From positions 482,794,001 through 482,858,000 of the forward strand of contig NC_091284.1 of NCBI RefSeq assembly GCF_032444005.1: 64,000 bases of DNA. Direction: 5' to 3'. Below the pieces are notes generated by a model. The model was not told the DNA's origin. It ran no database searches and worked only from the letters and a program-made list of their open reading frames with translations. Origin of the DNA: Ranitomeya imitator. Lineage: Eukaryota. Positions 12,454 through 25,093 of the stretch are shown piece after piece (position 1 is the stretch's first letter; each line of letters starts with the position of its first letter). Made by a program: the position numbers and the translations under genes.

Positions 12454-12731
12454 TTTACTTCTTCTCAGTTTGCTGTTGTCTTTCTATCTCTGTGCTCTGG
12501 AGGTTTGGGATTGCTTTGACTCCTGGGCCCATAACCTGTTAGCAGCGGGTTAATCAGCGTGATGTCCACAACGAGCAACAGAGAATGTTCATTTATTAAG
12601 AATTAAGAATATCCAGCTTAAAACATGAGAACAGGATCAATCTGGTTTCTGAGAGAGAGAGATCTGCTGTGAGTCCTTCTGCTTCAGCTCCACACAAGAA
12701 ATGTGCTCACAGGGAAGGGGGAGGAGGAACA
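10942..12731 (-). mobile_element. Ty1/copia LTR retrotransposon, 5' part (5' LTR, PBS, gag-pol to the start of integrase), interrupted by the hAT
   Basis: Contains the gag-pol ORF, PBS GGTTATGGGCCCAG at 12523-12536 (-), and a putative ~195-bp LTR at 12537-12731 (TGTT...AACA with a minus-strand AATAAA). The outer LTR boundary is inferred. Confidence 0.9.
12523..12536 (-). promoter_or_regulatory. Copia PBS complementary to the internal anticodon-arm region of initiator tRNA-Met
   Basis: Plus-strand CTGGGCCCATAACC is an internal tRNAiMet sequence. It directly abuts the LTR-terminal CA. Confidence 0.85.
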
Positions 12732-12885
12732 TCCTGTCTGTAAATGAGGACTCTTTTTTTTTTTTTAACTTTGTTGACATGTGAACAATATGCATGGAGA
12801 TATATAAATCACATCATATTAAACAAACAATAGTTGTTGCAATACATACAGATCAATATGCATTAGGCCAACAGCCGGTCACCTT

Positions 12886-13060
12886 ATGTCCTACTACTCC
12901 AAAAGTAGTAACTGGAGCCCTGTTGATTGGGAAGATATTTTAAAATGTATTGGCCTTCTTCTTAATATGAGTCTAATAAAGAAACCCACTCTCAGATCAT
13001 ATTGGTCAACTGATGTCCTGTATGACACCACTATGTACAGAGAGGTAATGGCCTCCATCC
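12886..13060 (+). pseudogene. piggyBac-type transposase fragment
   Basis: WSPVDWEDILKCIGLLLNMSLIKKPTLRSYWSTD..Y.T.MY..VM resembles the conserved PGBD 'GL.L.MG..K.P...YWS.D' region. Confidence 0.65.
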
Positions 13061-13281
13061 CTTTTGGCCTCCATCCCTTTTGGGCCCAACCATTCAGTCA
13101 GCCTACTAACAGGCTTACATCTGAGCACACGAGGAATAGATCTATAAATTTTGGGGTCCATTTCTTCACCTTTCACTACTATGTACTGTATTAAAAATTT
13201 GTCCTAAAAATACGCTTTTGTGGAAAAAAAATGATTTTACTTTCTGATCACTCATTTTGAACAAAGTGGCTCGGTCCTTAA

Positions 13282-13878
13282 AGGGACACTGTCACCTGGA
13301 TTTGGAGGGAACAATCTTCAGCCATGGAGGCTGGGTTTTTGGGTTTTTGATTCACCCTTTCCTTACCCGCTGGCTGCATGCTGGCTGCAATATTGGATTG
13401 AAGTTCATTCTCTGTCCTCCATAGTACACGCCTGCGCAAGGCAAGATTTTTTCCCAGTATAATCACAGGAACCCTGTGGTTATAGGAGGAGGAGACCAAG
13501 GACGGGAGGGAGAATGGACTCAGCAGTGGAGCAGTGAAGTAAGTATCAGTGGGGGAGGGGGAGAGGCAATCCAAACCTATCCTTTGTGGTGCTGACTCTG
13601 AGCAGTGTATCTCCTCCCATGTGTGTTACTGTGCTGACTGTGTATCTAATCCTCTCCTGTGTGATACTGTCTGCTGAGCCATGCATCTAATCCTATCCTG
13701 TGTGATACTGACTGAGCTGTGTATCTAATCCTCTCCTGTGTGATACTGTCTGCTGAGACGTGTTTTCAATCCTCTCCAGTGTGATACTGTATGCTGAGTC
13801 ATGTATCTAATCCTACCGTGTGTGATACTGTGCTGAGACATGTCTCTAATCCTCTCCTGTGTGATGCTGTCTGCTGAG
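13282..13878 (+). mobile_element. T2/Kolobok-type non-autonomous element, left part, with a ~40-bp minisatellite (13610-13878)
   Basis: TTAA at 13278-13281 followed by AGGGACACTGTCACC. The repeat TGTGTATCTAATCCTCTCCTGTGTGATACTG continues, inverted, at 15195-16762. Confidence 0.65.
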
Positions 13879-14280
13879 TAGTGTTGAGCATTCCGATACC
13901 GCAAGTATCGGGTATCGGCCGATACTTGCGGTATCGGAATTCCGATACCGAGATCCGATACTTTTGTGGTATCGGGTATCGGTATCGGATCCATAGGGAT
14001 GTGTAAAATAAAGAATTAAAATAAAAAATATTGATATATGCACCTCTCCGGCGGCCCCTGGACATCACGCTGGTAACCGTCAGGCTTCTTTGTTTAAAAT
14101 GAGCGTGTTTAGGACCTGCGAATGACGTCGCGGCTTCTGATTGGTCGCGTGCCGCTCATGTGACCGCCACGTGACCAATCAGAAGCCGCGACGTCATTCG
14201 CAGGTCCTAAATTCCTAGAATTAGGAGTTTAGTGAATGAGAATGACGTCGCGGCTTCTGATTGGTCGCGTGGCGGTCACA
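13879..14280 (+). mobile_element. hAT MITE, left half (TAGTGTTGAGC terminus)
   Basis: The terminus at 13879 is preceded by the 8-mer CTGCTGAG. Contains CGATAC/GTATCG subterminal repeats and internal palindromes, and is broken just past its centre. Confidence 0.8.
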
Positions 14281-14545
14281 TCTGCACGATTCCCCATACT
14301 ATTATCCCTGGCAAATTGGTTGCAGAGGTGGGATCTGGGTAAATTCTCTGGTGTTCTCTGGAACAAGCATTGTCAGATGATCGGAAATAATGGGCGCCAA
14401 AGGTTCACCAGAAAGCAATCTAATTTGGAGCTAACTTTAGGACCCACTAAAAAATGTATTTGCTGATTTACAAAATTTCAAATAACCTTATTGATACTAT
14501 GTTGTGTGTGGCAGATGACTGGTGTATTAGTTTGGTCTATTATCA
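14280..14545. repeat. 266-bp inverted duplicate of 19428-19693
   Basis: Reverse-complement match with about four substitutions by eye. Confidence 0.95.
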
Positions 14546-15194
14546 TGCCTGGGCTACCAATCTGGTTTGGTATGTAATAAAGCAAGGTCAGAAGATCTGT
14601 TCAGTAGTTAAAACACATGACTGATTACTAAGGATATTAAAATATACTTTAGCAATATACAAGAAATACATTATTAAAGTTCTTCAACAAATAATACATA
14701 GCAGATCATTTACTCATATACTTTAAGCAGTCCCATGTATTTTTTTTATTAACTGTGTGTATATGTGCATTAAATGTTGTGTGAGTGTATTAACATACTC
14801 AACTACCTATACTCTCTCTGGTGTCTAGCGTTCTGCTTTCCTTTCTGAGTGATGTTACTATAATTACAACTAGTCGACTCTCTCTGTGCTCTATATATGA
14901 GCCGCTACTCTCTTTTACAATGCAAACCAATGGAGTCTCATTCTGACAAACCTATGGAGTCTCATATGACACTCCATAGACTTTCATTGTAAGAGCCACT
15001 TCCAGGTCAACCAGAGGCGCAGAATGACCAAGAGAGTCTGCAGAGTGGTGATGTCACTGAGAAGAGACGAATGGTGCTTGGCATAGGAAAGGAGAGGTAG
15101 GTGAGTATAGTAATATTATCACACTACATTACCTGCACATATACACAAATCTAATAAGACAAATATACACGTGGGTGCTTCTTTATCCCCTTAA

Positions 15195-16762
15195 AGAGAA
15201 GCTGCCATAAAAAAAAAAAATTTCCAGCGATTGAAAAAATGTAAAGAATTAATGTTTACATTTTCTTAAAAATATTATAATTTGTTTATAATTTAGTAAA
15301 ATATGAAAAATATGTTTAAAAGGTTTGGCATTTCCACTTTTAAACACTAGGGGGAGCAGCTACTGAAATTTGACAAAAATCCAGTGTACAATTAGCTCAC
15401 ATTACAGCACTGCAGTAATTATGGGCGGAGTCTGCTGACGTGTGTGATGTCACTCCTCTCCTCCCCTTCTGGGTGTTTGCTGAGGGATAAGAGAGGATGA
15501 TATTCAGGAACTCAGTGAGCAGCCATTTTGTTGGTGACTGCAGAGTTATACTGACAAGTAGACAGTCACCAAGGATGGCAGGCAGCAAGAATTCTGGGAG
15601 GTATATGGTGGAGGGAGCAGGGTGACAGCAGCACAGAGTATTTAAGGAGAGCAGTGTGCTGGTCTATGGGGGGCACACTGTTCGGTGTGCGGAGCAGCCA
15701 AGGATTGTACATAGAGCGCTGTCTTTTATACACATGGATGGACCGACTGCTTGTCTGCTCCACAGAAATCAGGAAACATTTCTGAGGATTGATGGCCTGT
15801 TCTGATCCAGATATTGCATGCAAAGACCCCATTCCCCTTCTCAGCCCCTGTCCTGGCGATGTGTGAAAGCGAGGCGACAGGCGCAGTCGGGGTGACGCTG
15901 GGAAGGAAATGTAGCCACATAGTAATGATAAAAATGAGACCCCTCTCTTCAGCTACCTCACCAGCCTTCCCCTGACTGCACCTAACTGGAGATCATGCTG
16001 CCCCCTTTATTACCCCAGACCCGTGTGCAGGTGATCAGCCAGAACCACCATAGAATGGGTCCGCTTTCTGAAGATAATACTGTCATAGTGTTCTCACATA
16101 ATACCGCCATATAGATCACACATAATATTGTCCTATAGTTCTCACATAATACCAACATATAGATCGCAAATAACAACACCATAGTGTTCTCACATAATAC
16201 CGCCATATACTTCACACATAATACTGTCCTATAGTTCTCACATAATACCACCATATACTTCACATATAACGGCGCCATATAGATCTCACATAAAACTGCC
16301 AGTGTTCTCACATAATACCGCCATATAGATCACACATAATACTGCCATATAGATCACACATAACAGGGGGGAGAGGAGTGCATAGGAGAGGATTAGATAC
16401 ACAGCTAAGCAGTCAGTATTACACAGGACAGTATTAGATACACAGCTCAGTCAGTATCATACAGGATAGGATTAGATACACGGCTCAGCAGTCAGTATCA
16501 CAAAGGATAGCATTAGATACACAGCTCAGCAGTCACTATCACACAGGGGAGGATTAGATACATGTCTCAGCACAGTATCATACAGGGTAGGATTAGATAC
16601 ACGGCTCAGCATACAGTAACACAGAATAGAATTAGATACAAAGTTCAGCACACAGTATCCCACAGGAGAGGATTAAATACACATCTTAGCACATTATCAC
16701 ACAGGGTAGGATTAGATACAATGCTCAGCACAGTATCACACAGGATAGGATTAGATACATGG
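15195..16762 (-). mobile_element. T2/Kolobok-type element, right part (inverted), with minisatellites at ~16060-16370 and 16390-16770
   Basis: TTAA at 15191-15194 followed by AGAGAAGCTGCCAT (9/14 identical to the 13282 terminus). The minisatellite is the reverse complement of 13610-13878. Confidence 0.6.
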
Positions 16763-16770
16763 CTCAGCAG

Positions 16771-17187
16771 TAGTGTTGAGCGATACCGTCCGATACTTGA
16801 AAGTATCGGTATCGGATAGTATCGGCCGATACCCGAAAAATATCGGATATCGCCGATACCGATATCCGATACCAATACAAGTCAATGGGACACCAAGTAT
16901 CGGAAGGTATCCTGATGGTTCCCAGGGTCTGAAGGAGAGGAAACTCTCCTTCAGGCCCTGGGATCCATATTAATGTGTAAAATAAAGAATTAAAATAAAA
17001 AATATTGATATATTCACCTCTCCGGCGGCCCCTGTACATCACACTGGTAACCGGCAGGCTTCTTTGTTTAAAATGAGCGCGTTTAGGACTGAATGATGTC
17101 GCGGCTTCTGATTGGTCGCGTGCCGCTCATGTGACCGCCACGTGACCAATCAGAAGCCGCAACGTCATTCGCAGGTCCTAAATTCCA
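16771..17187 (-). mobile_element. hAT MITE, right half (inverted)
   Basis: TAGTGTTGAGC at 16771 is preceded by CTCAGCAG, the reverse complement of the CTGCTGAG before 13879, i.e. the partner TSD. Confidence 0.8.
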
Positions 17188-19427
17188 ATCCTAGCGCGTA
17201 AAGAGAGTAGGTGGATATACCAACTTGGGACCCTTACCCCTCAGGGACTCAATGAGACAATGGGCTTTAGTTCTTTTTTATGAACATAAAAACACCTCCA
17301 TCTTTTTCTTTTGGCAACTCTGGTTATATTCTAGTGTATGTCTTGTATCCCCTTAATTCCTGGCCGTCTGGCTTATTGTTATTCTCCATAATTTATAACC
17401 AATAACCATGTATAGTACAGTCTCCTACTCTCCTCAGTACCTTTGTTGGTAGAGATAGTTTAGTTTTTTAACCTCTTTAATTGATTTTCTATTTAGTTCC
17501 TGGTATAAGGGCTAAAAATTGGGGGGAGCATGGAAAAGTTCTTCTAGTCATTTGAAGTTTCTTTAATTATTCGGTTCTGGGCTCTCGGTCCTGTGTGGCT
17601 TTTAGTGTGGTTGTTTGTTTGCTAACTTCTCTATTTTTGATTTTAGATGTTTTGATACTAGGAATTCGTTTTATCCTACAGTTTGACATTTGGATTACAA
17701 TTGACAACCTTGGACTTTCATAATCACGCTGATCTTCAATCAACATCTGTGTTTTTGTCATCTATGTCCATATTTTCTTCACATTGGACATAACCTACAT
17801 GGACTTATACAACAATGTTGATTTTTTGTCGACATATGTTCATATGTTTATGTTATGTTTAGGATGGGAATTTTACATTATATACCTCCTGTGGGTTATG
17901 GTAGGTCCAGGATAGAGTGTCTGGTATCTAGTATATAAAATATAACTGTATCTATAGTAATAGTTATGTGCTTCTGCTTTCTAAGATGGCAATGGAATAG
18001 ATATTGTTTCTAATGGGGAGTAGTCTTGATCTTGCTCATGGATTTTGCCTCTAGTATTTAATGTTATATTGATCAGTTTGGGATCCGCGATATTTAGTAA
18101 TATTTAGTGATTTTTTTTAGTTTTTTCATATGTATTCTTAAGTACCCAAACTATCGAATTTTTGTAACATAGACTACACATAATCATTACTGTCACTAAT
18201 ACCTGGCAGTCTAGAGGTTATGATGCTATTTCCCTACATAGGCAGTTTTTATTACGCCCCTCTCTAACCACGTTTCACCCTTTACAGCGATATCTGTACA
18301 CGTAGGTTATAGACCTGGATTGGAGCGCATGCCCTGGTTTAGGCCGCTCGGTGGCTTCCGGCCACGCCCACCGGGTGACGCGAGCGTTCTCGCTTGCGTG
18401 CCAGGGGCGGGGGCTGTGAGGCCACAGCTTGGACGGACGGACGGCCGTAAACCGGCGCATGCGCCGTACTTCATCCAGGAGCGTCTTCCATCCTCAGCTG
18501 TTGGAGGCGTTACCCGGCGTTGGAGGCATTCAGTTACTTGGTTACCAGGGGCGGGGGCTGTGAAGCCATAGCATATACGGGCGGCGGTAGATTGGCACAA
18601 TACACCGCACGTCATTCAAGACACGCCTCTTATCCCCAGCTGTTCTGAGCGTTCATTGTTCTAGTTGCCATTTATAAGGAGCGCTGCACCACACTTAACA
18701 TATTCGCCCCCCTTATGGAAGAAGCCTGAATTGGCGAAACGGCGCTGTCGGGGTCACAGCATATACGCACGGCACCTCCTGCTATTCCCATGTGATTTAT
18801 CCCCTTATCTATGCTGGTGTTTGTTTTTATCTAACAAATGACATGCATTTAACCTCTATACAGATAGTGACATGATTTAGCACCAGCAGAAGCTTGTATT
18901 TGCATAGGGATTAAGTATTGTAATTCATGAGTCACATTATAACCATGGGGTGTTAGAGAGTCCTCTATATATATCTACTAGCACTAGCATCTCTTTTAAA
19001 TAGGACACTTATCAGAGATTAGACATATATGGAGATCACATATTGTAGCCCATAGGTGACTTTTTACCTTGAGCTATTAGCACTTTTTGCACTTCATGTA
19101 CCTCTATCATTCAATATTAGCCAATAATTTTTTTTTTTGTGTATGTGGTCCTATATGCCTTTACTGCTGCATTTATCATCTTTATTAGATTCCTATAGTC
19201 AGGAGACCACATTCCCCTATGTATTACATATACTCATGATCCCATATATACCTATGTGAGGTGTATACCGTGTTGTTTATATGCTGGATTGTTTTTATTG
19301 ATGTTCCTTGTCTGTTTAGTTGATTGGTGTTTTAGTAGTTTTCTAAGTTTAATAAAACTTTTTCTATCTTAGTTCTAGTGTGCATACCTTATTTTCCCAT
19401 GTACCTAAGGGAAATTGTGTCGTATAA
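17188..19427 (+). mobile_element. 5'-truncated Penelope-like retroelement (endonuclease C-terminus plus long 3' region)
   Basis: 17191-17283 encodes LARKESRWIYQLGTLTPQGLNETMGFSSFL* (PLE 'E..WIY.L.TL.P.GLN' motif). It has a hammerhead-like motif at ~18707-18753 and AATAAA at ~19351. Confidence 0.75.
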
Positions 19428-20623
19428 TGATAATAGACCAAACTAATACACCAGTCATCTGCCACACACAACATAGTATCAATAAGGTTATTTGAAATTT
19501 TGTAAATCAGCAAATACATTTTTTAGTGGGTCCTAAAGTTAGCTCCAATTTAGATTACTTTCTGGTGAACCTTTGGCGCCCATTATTCCCGATCATCTGA
19601 CAATGCTTGTTACAGAGAACACCAGAGAATTTACCCAGATCCCACCTCTGCAACCAATTTGCCAGGGATAATAGTATGGGGAATCGTGCAGATCCCACTA
19701 CTGCCACCAGTCTGCCATTGAGATGCAACTCCACTGACTACAATCATCCGCACAATTCTGCAATTGACTGACAAGTGATTTATACAGGCCGACTGGACTC
19801 TTGTTACAGGTAGCATATGGCTTCAGGGATGTGGTTTACAGAGCAAGAGGAACAGAGCTATTATTTTTTTTTATATTTAATCCAGAAAGGTAGGCAATCT
19901 TTATAAAGATATACAAATATGCTACAAAATGGCAACAAAATAATATTGTATATACAATTACATAGCATAAGGAGCGATAATGAAAAAAAAGTACAAAACC
20001 TAATGTTGCATGAATGGGTCTTATCTTATAGAGGGAAGCACTCTGATTAGGATCACTCTCAAAGAGAACTCTGTCCAGAAATTAACAATGACAGAAATCC
20101 AAACTCTGATTTTTATTAGACCAAGGTTACACCCCTTACCTCCCCTTGGTGAGCTCATACGGGGGCTGGTTGTGGGATGTGCTTGGCCTTTACAGAATTG
20201 TGAGTTCCCCTACTTTCAGAACATCTTTGCCTCTGGAGGTTCCAGAATGTAGATATTGTCGTCATGTTTCCTATTGTGATTTTATCTTTCTATGGAGATG
20301 AAACTTGGCATGGATTGCATCATCCATCGCACGGTATTAAGTTGGAGGGGTTAAAATAGCCTTACAGTGATGTGAGTAAATGCATTATGTTCAAACCTTT
20401 GTGACAGCTCCCATAAATATCTTATCGATGCAAACCCCAATATTCGTCATGGACTGCTGACTCCAGAAAGTCTGGAAGCAGTGCTTTCAGCAGAGAAAGC
20501 CTCAGAAGTGTACTTTTCTGCCTCTGAATGTACGAATCCTAGGCTTAGTGTCTTTTTCAATCCTTAAATGACAATCCTTAAAAATTCTTCTGTGCCAGTC
20601 TAGCCACGGTGATCTAGTTCAAA

Positions 20624-21481
20624 GTAACATAGTTAGTAAGGCCGAAAAAAGACATTTGTCCATCCAGTTCAGCCTATATTCCATCATAATAAATCCCCAG
20701 ATCTACGTCCTTCTACAGAACCTAATAATTGTATGATACAATATTGTTCTGCTCCAGGAAGACATCCAGGCCTCTCTTGAACCCCTCGACTGAGTTCGCC
20801 ATCACCACCTCCTCAGGCAAGCAATTCCAGATTCTCACTGCCCTAACAGTAAAGAATCCTCTTCTATGTTGCTGGAAAAACCTTCTCTCCTCCAGACGCA
20901 AAGAATGCCCCCTTGTGCCCGTCACCTTCCTTGGTATAAACAGATCCTCAGCGAGATATTTGTATTGTCCCCTTATATACTTATACATGGTTATTAGATT
21001 GCCCCTCAGTCGTCTTTTTTCTAGACTAAATAATCCTAATTTCGCTAATCTATCTGGGTATTGTAGTTCTCCCATCCCCTTTATTAATTTTGTTGCCCTC
21101 CTTTGTACTCTCTCTAGTTCCATTATATCCTTCCTGAGCACCGGTGCCCCAAACTGGACACATTACTCCATGTGCGGTCTAACTAGGGATTTGTACAGAG
21201 GCAGTATAATGCTCTCATCATGTGTATCCAGACCTCTTTTAATGCACCCCATGATCCTGTTTGCCTTGGCAGCTGCTGCCTGGCACTGGCTGCTCCAGGT
21301 AAGTTTATCATTAACTAGGATCCCCAAGTCCTTCTCCCTGTCAGATTTACCCAGTGGTTTCACGTTCAGTGTGTAATGGTGATATTGATTCCTTCTTCCC
21401 ATGTGTATAACCTTACATTTATCATTGTTAAACCTCATCTGCCACCTTTCAGCCCAAGTTTCCAACTTATCCAGATCCATC
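20624..21481 (-). mobile_element. CR1 LINE, 5'-truncated 3' fragment
   Basis: RT C-terminal motifs DLDKLETWAERWQMRFN.DKCKVIHMG, EKDLGILV, LYKSLVRPH, LERVQRRATKLI, LEKRRLRG, and a ACTATGTTAC-type tail. Confidence 0.93.
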
Positions 21482-21700
21482 CATGTCTGGTACAAAAAAC
21501 CCCACCATGGACACAAAGCACACAAAAAAACACAATGGACAACAAAGTTATCTTTTATTAAATCTATGGAGTAAAATAAAGGTACATTAAATTACTAATT
21601 TTCTACTTTTTTTCTCTTTCTGATAGTTCTCATGCCAGGAAAAAGGTATTCTATGCCGCAAAAGAGATAATTAATTTATAGCGTTTAAATCCTCTGATTA

Positions 21701-23279
21701 CCGTATATACTCGAGTATAAGCCGACCCGAGTATAAGCCGACCCCCCTAATTTTGCCACAAAAAACTGGGAAAACTTATTGACTCGAGTATAAGCCTAGG
21801 GTGGAAATGCAGCATTTACCGGTGAATTTCAAAAATAAAAATAGATCATTATTTCCCCATAGCTGTGCCATATAGTGCTCTGCACCGTTCATATTTCCCC
21901 ATAGGTGTGAACCATATAGTGCTCTGCACCGTTCATTGTGCCCCCTAGCTGTGCCATATACGGTGCTCTGCACCGTTCATTGTGCCCCATAGATGTGCCA
22001 TATACGGTGCTCTGCACCGTTCACTGTGCCCCATAGCTGTGCCATATACGGTGCTCTGCACCGTTCACTGTGCCCCATAGCTGTGCTGTGCCATATACGG
22101 TGCTCTGCACCGTTCACTGTGCCCCATACATAGCTGTGCTGTGCCATATACGGTGCTCTGCACCGTTCACTGTGCCCCATACATAGCTGTGCTGTGCCAT
22201 ATACGGTGCTCTGCACCGTTCACTGTGCCCCATAGCTGTGCTGTGCCATATACGGTGCTCTGCACCGTTCACTGTGCCCCATAGCTGTGCTGTGCCATAT
22301 ACGGTGCTCTGCACCGTTCACTGTGCCCCATAGCTGTGCTGTGCCATATACGGTGCTCTGCACCGTTCACTGTGCCCCATAGCTGTGCTGTGCCATATAC
22401 GGTGCTCTGCACCGTTCACTGTGCCCCATAGCTGTGCTGTGCCATATACGGTGCTCTGCACCGTTCACTGTGCCCCATAGATGTGCCATATACGGTGCTC
22501 TGCACCGTTCACTGTGCCCCATAGCTGTGCTGTGCCATATACGGTGCTCTGCACCGTTCACTGTGCCCCATAGCTGTGCTGTGCCATATACGGTGCTCTG
22601 CACCGTTCACTGTGCCCCATAGATGTTCCACATAAATTTGTGCCGCCGCTGCCGCAATAAAGAAAAAAAAACACATACTCACCTCCCTTGATTGCAGCTC
22701 CCGGCGTCTCGTTCCGGCGCCTCCATCTTCCTGGCGTCTCTGCTCTGACTGATCAGGCAGAGGGCGCCGCGCACACTGTATGCGTCATCGCGCCCTCTGC
22801 CTGAACAGTCAGAGAGCAGAGACGCCGGGAAGATGGAGGCGCCGGCCGGGAAGATGGATCGGCGCCCGGCGGCTGGAACGAGGACAGGTGAATATGCTAT
22901 ACTCACCTAGTCCTGGCGATCCTCGCGCTGTCCCCTCCTGTCTTCGGTGCCGCAGCTTCTTTCTCTATCAGCGGTCACCGGCACTGCTGATTAGAGAAAT
23001 GAATAAGCGGCTCCGCCCCTATGGGAGGTGGAGCCGCTTATTCATTTCTGTAATGAGCGGTCCCACGTGACCGCTGAAGAGAGGAAGAAACTGCAGCGCC
23101 GAAGCCCGTGGGACGGCAGGGACAGCGCGAGGATCGCTGGGACTAGGTAAGTATACCCCAGCGCCCTCACCCCCTCACCCGCCGACCCCACCGCTACCGT
23201 GACTCGAGTATAAGCCGAGGGGGGCACTTTCAGCCCAAAAATTTGGGCTGAAAATCTCGGCTTATACTCGAGTATATAC
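21701..23279. mobile_element. Tc1/mariner-superfamily (Tc2/pogo-like) non-autonomous element with an internal minisatellite
   Basis: TA followed by CCGTATATACTCGAGTATAAGCCGA at 21701; the inverted copy TCGGCTTATACTCGAGTATATA ends at ~23278, with the last bases degenerate. Confidence 0.75.
21860..22625. repeat. 44/49-bp minisatellite, ~17 copies
   Basis: Unit ATAG(CTGTG)CTGTGCCATATACGGTGCTCTGCACCGTTCACTGTGCCCC. Confidence 0.95.
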
Positions 23280-23764
23280 ACATCATAAATTCAGAATATA
23301 AGTTTAATTATATGAAATTACTAAAGATATGCTAAGATAACTAATGTGTTAGAAGCCTTATGGAAACTGATAGCAATATCATTTATCAAGAGCATAAAAA
23401 TAATAAAAAAAATACATCTGCGCAAAATAAAAAATGTAACATATACTGTATGTTACCAACATATATTTTTGTAAGTACATAATTGTATCATTAACATTAG
23501 TACTAAACATCAATGTCTAGAAGTTAAAATATCGGGAAAAAAATGAAATTCAGAAGGATTATTATTTAGTAAGATGTAACATATGGCCAAGAAAATGCCT
23601 AATTAACCTATGTAAAATACATCTTATTAAGTGTCAAAGATTCTAAAAATGATGCATGTAAAATGCCTGCAGACAAACCTGACTTACTGTTTCTAGTTTG
23701 AGCTCACAATTAATCAAATCATAAGACAAACAAATCTTTCTAGGAAATCTATTGTAATGTTTTA

Positions 23765-24488
23765 AGGTACCGTCACACATAACAATATCATTAATGATAT
23801 CGTTGCTTTTTGTGATGTAGCAACAATATCGTTAACGAAATAGTTATGTGTGACAGCGACCAACGATGAGGCCCCTGCTGGGAGATCGTTGGTCGCTGGG
23901 GAAAGTCCAGCACTTTATTTTGTCGCTGGATCTCCTGCTGACATCGCTGAATCGGCGTGTGTGACGCCGATTCAGTGATGTCTTTACTGATAACAAGGGT
24001 AAACATCGGGTTTAGTAACCCTATGTTTACCCTGGTTACCATTGTAAATGTAAAAAAACAAACACTACATACTTACATTCCGGTGTCTGGTCAGGTCCCT
24101 CGCCGTCAGCTTCCCGCACTGACTGGTGAGCGCCGGCCAGCCGTAAAGCACAGCGGGGACCACAGAGGTGACGTCACCGCTGTACTTTACGGCCGGTGCT
24201 CAGTCAGTGCGGGAAGCTGAAGGCGAGGGACATGACCAGACACCGGTAATGTAAGTATGTAGTGTTTGTTTTTTTACATTTACAATGGTAACCAGGGTAA
24301 ACATCGGGTTACTAAGCGCGGCCCTGCGCTTAGTAACCCGATGTTTACCCTGGTTACCCGGGGACTTCGGGATCGTTGGTCGCTGGAGAGCTGTCTGTGT
24401 GACAGCTCTCCAGCGACCAAACAGCGACGCTGCAGCGATCGACAGCGTTGTTGGTATCGCTGCAGCGTCGCTTAGTGTGACGGTACCT
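23765..24488. mobile_element. PIF/Harbinger-type MITE
   Basis: TIR AGGTACCGTCACAC...GTGTGACGGTACCT, TTA on both sides, internal inverted repeats. Confidence 0.85.
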
Positions 24489-24567
24489 TTAGAAGTAACA
24501 GTAAACAGAAACACAAACTATGCATAAATATATTTGTTTTTTTTTCAAGGATGACTACATTCACATA

Positions 24568-25093
24568 GGCTACTTTCACACTTCCGTCTTTTCAGATCCG
24601 TCACAATCCGTCGATTTTTGAGAATGCAGGATCCTGCAAAAAAATTTGCAGGATCCTGCATTTTCCCATAGACTTGTATCAGCGACAGATTGTGACTGAT
24701 GGCCATCCGTTTCATCCGTCGTGCACTGGATCCGTCGTAAAATAGCGGCCCGTCGTGCAGAGAAAACGTTCATTGTAACGTCTTTTGTGCACGTCGGAAA
24801 ATCGTTCAGCGTCGCATCCTGCGCTGCCAGTCGTCGTCTACAATGGAAGCCTATGGACGCAGGATCCGTCGCTGACCGTCACACACTGGAATCCGGCGAC
24901 GGATCCAGTTTTTCCCTGCTGAGCATGCCCAGAAGCATTTTCTAGTCCGGGAAAAAGTCTCTCTCTCTTTGTACGATGGATCCGTCATTACACTGGATCC
25001 GTCGCACGTTTTTACCTATTTTCATGACGTCCGTCGATACGTCATTTTGCTACCCCACGACGGACCCCAGAAAACGGAAATATCAAAGTAGCC
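24568..25093. mobile_element. PIF/Harbinger-type MITE (degenerate)
   Basis: GGCTACTTTCACAC...AAAGTAGCC; flanks ATA/TTA; GACGGATCCGTC-rich interior. Confidence 0.7.

Noticed and set aside
20260-20580. Non-repetitive-looking stretch that might be a host exon
   Set aside because: No frame with convincing splice sites or a recognisable protein motif.
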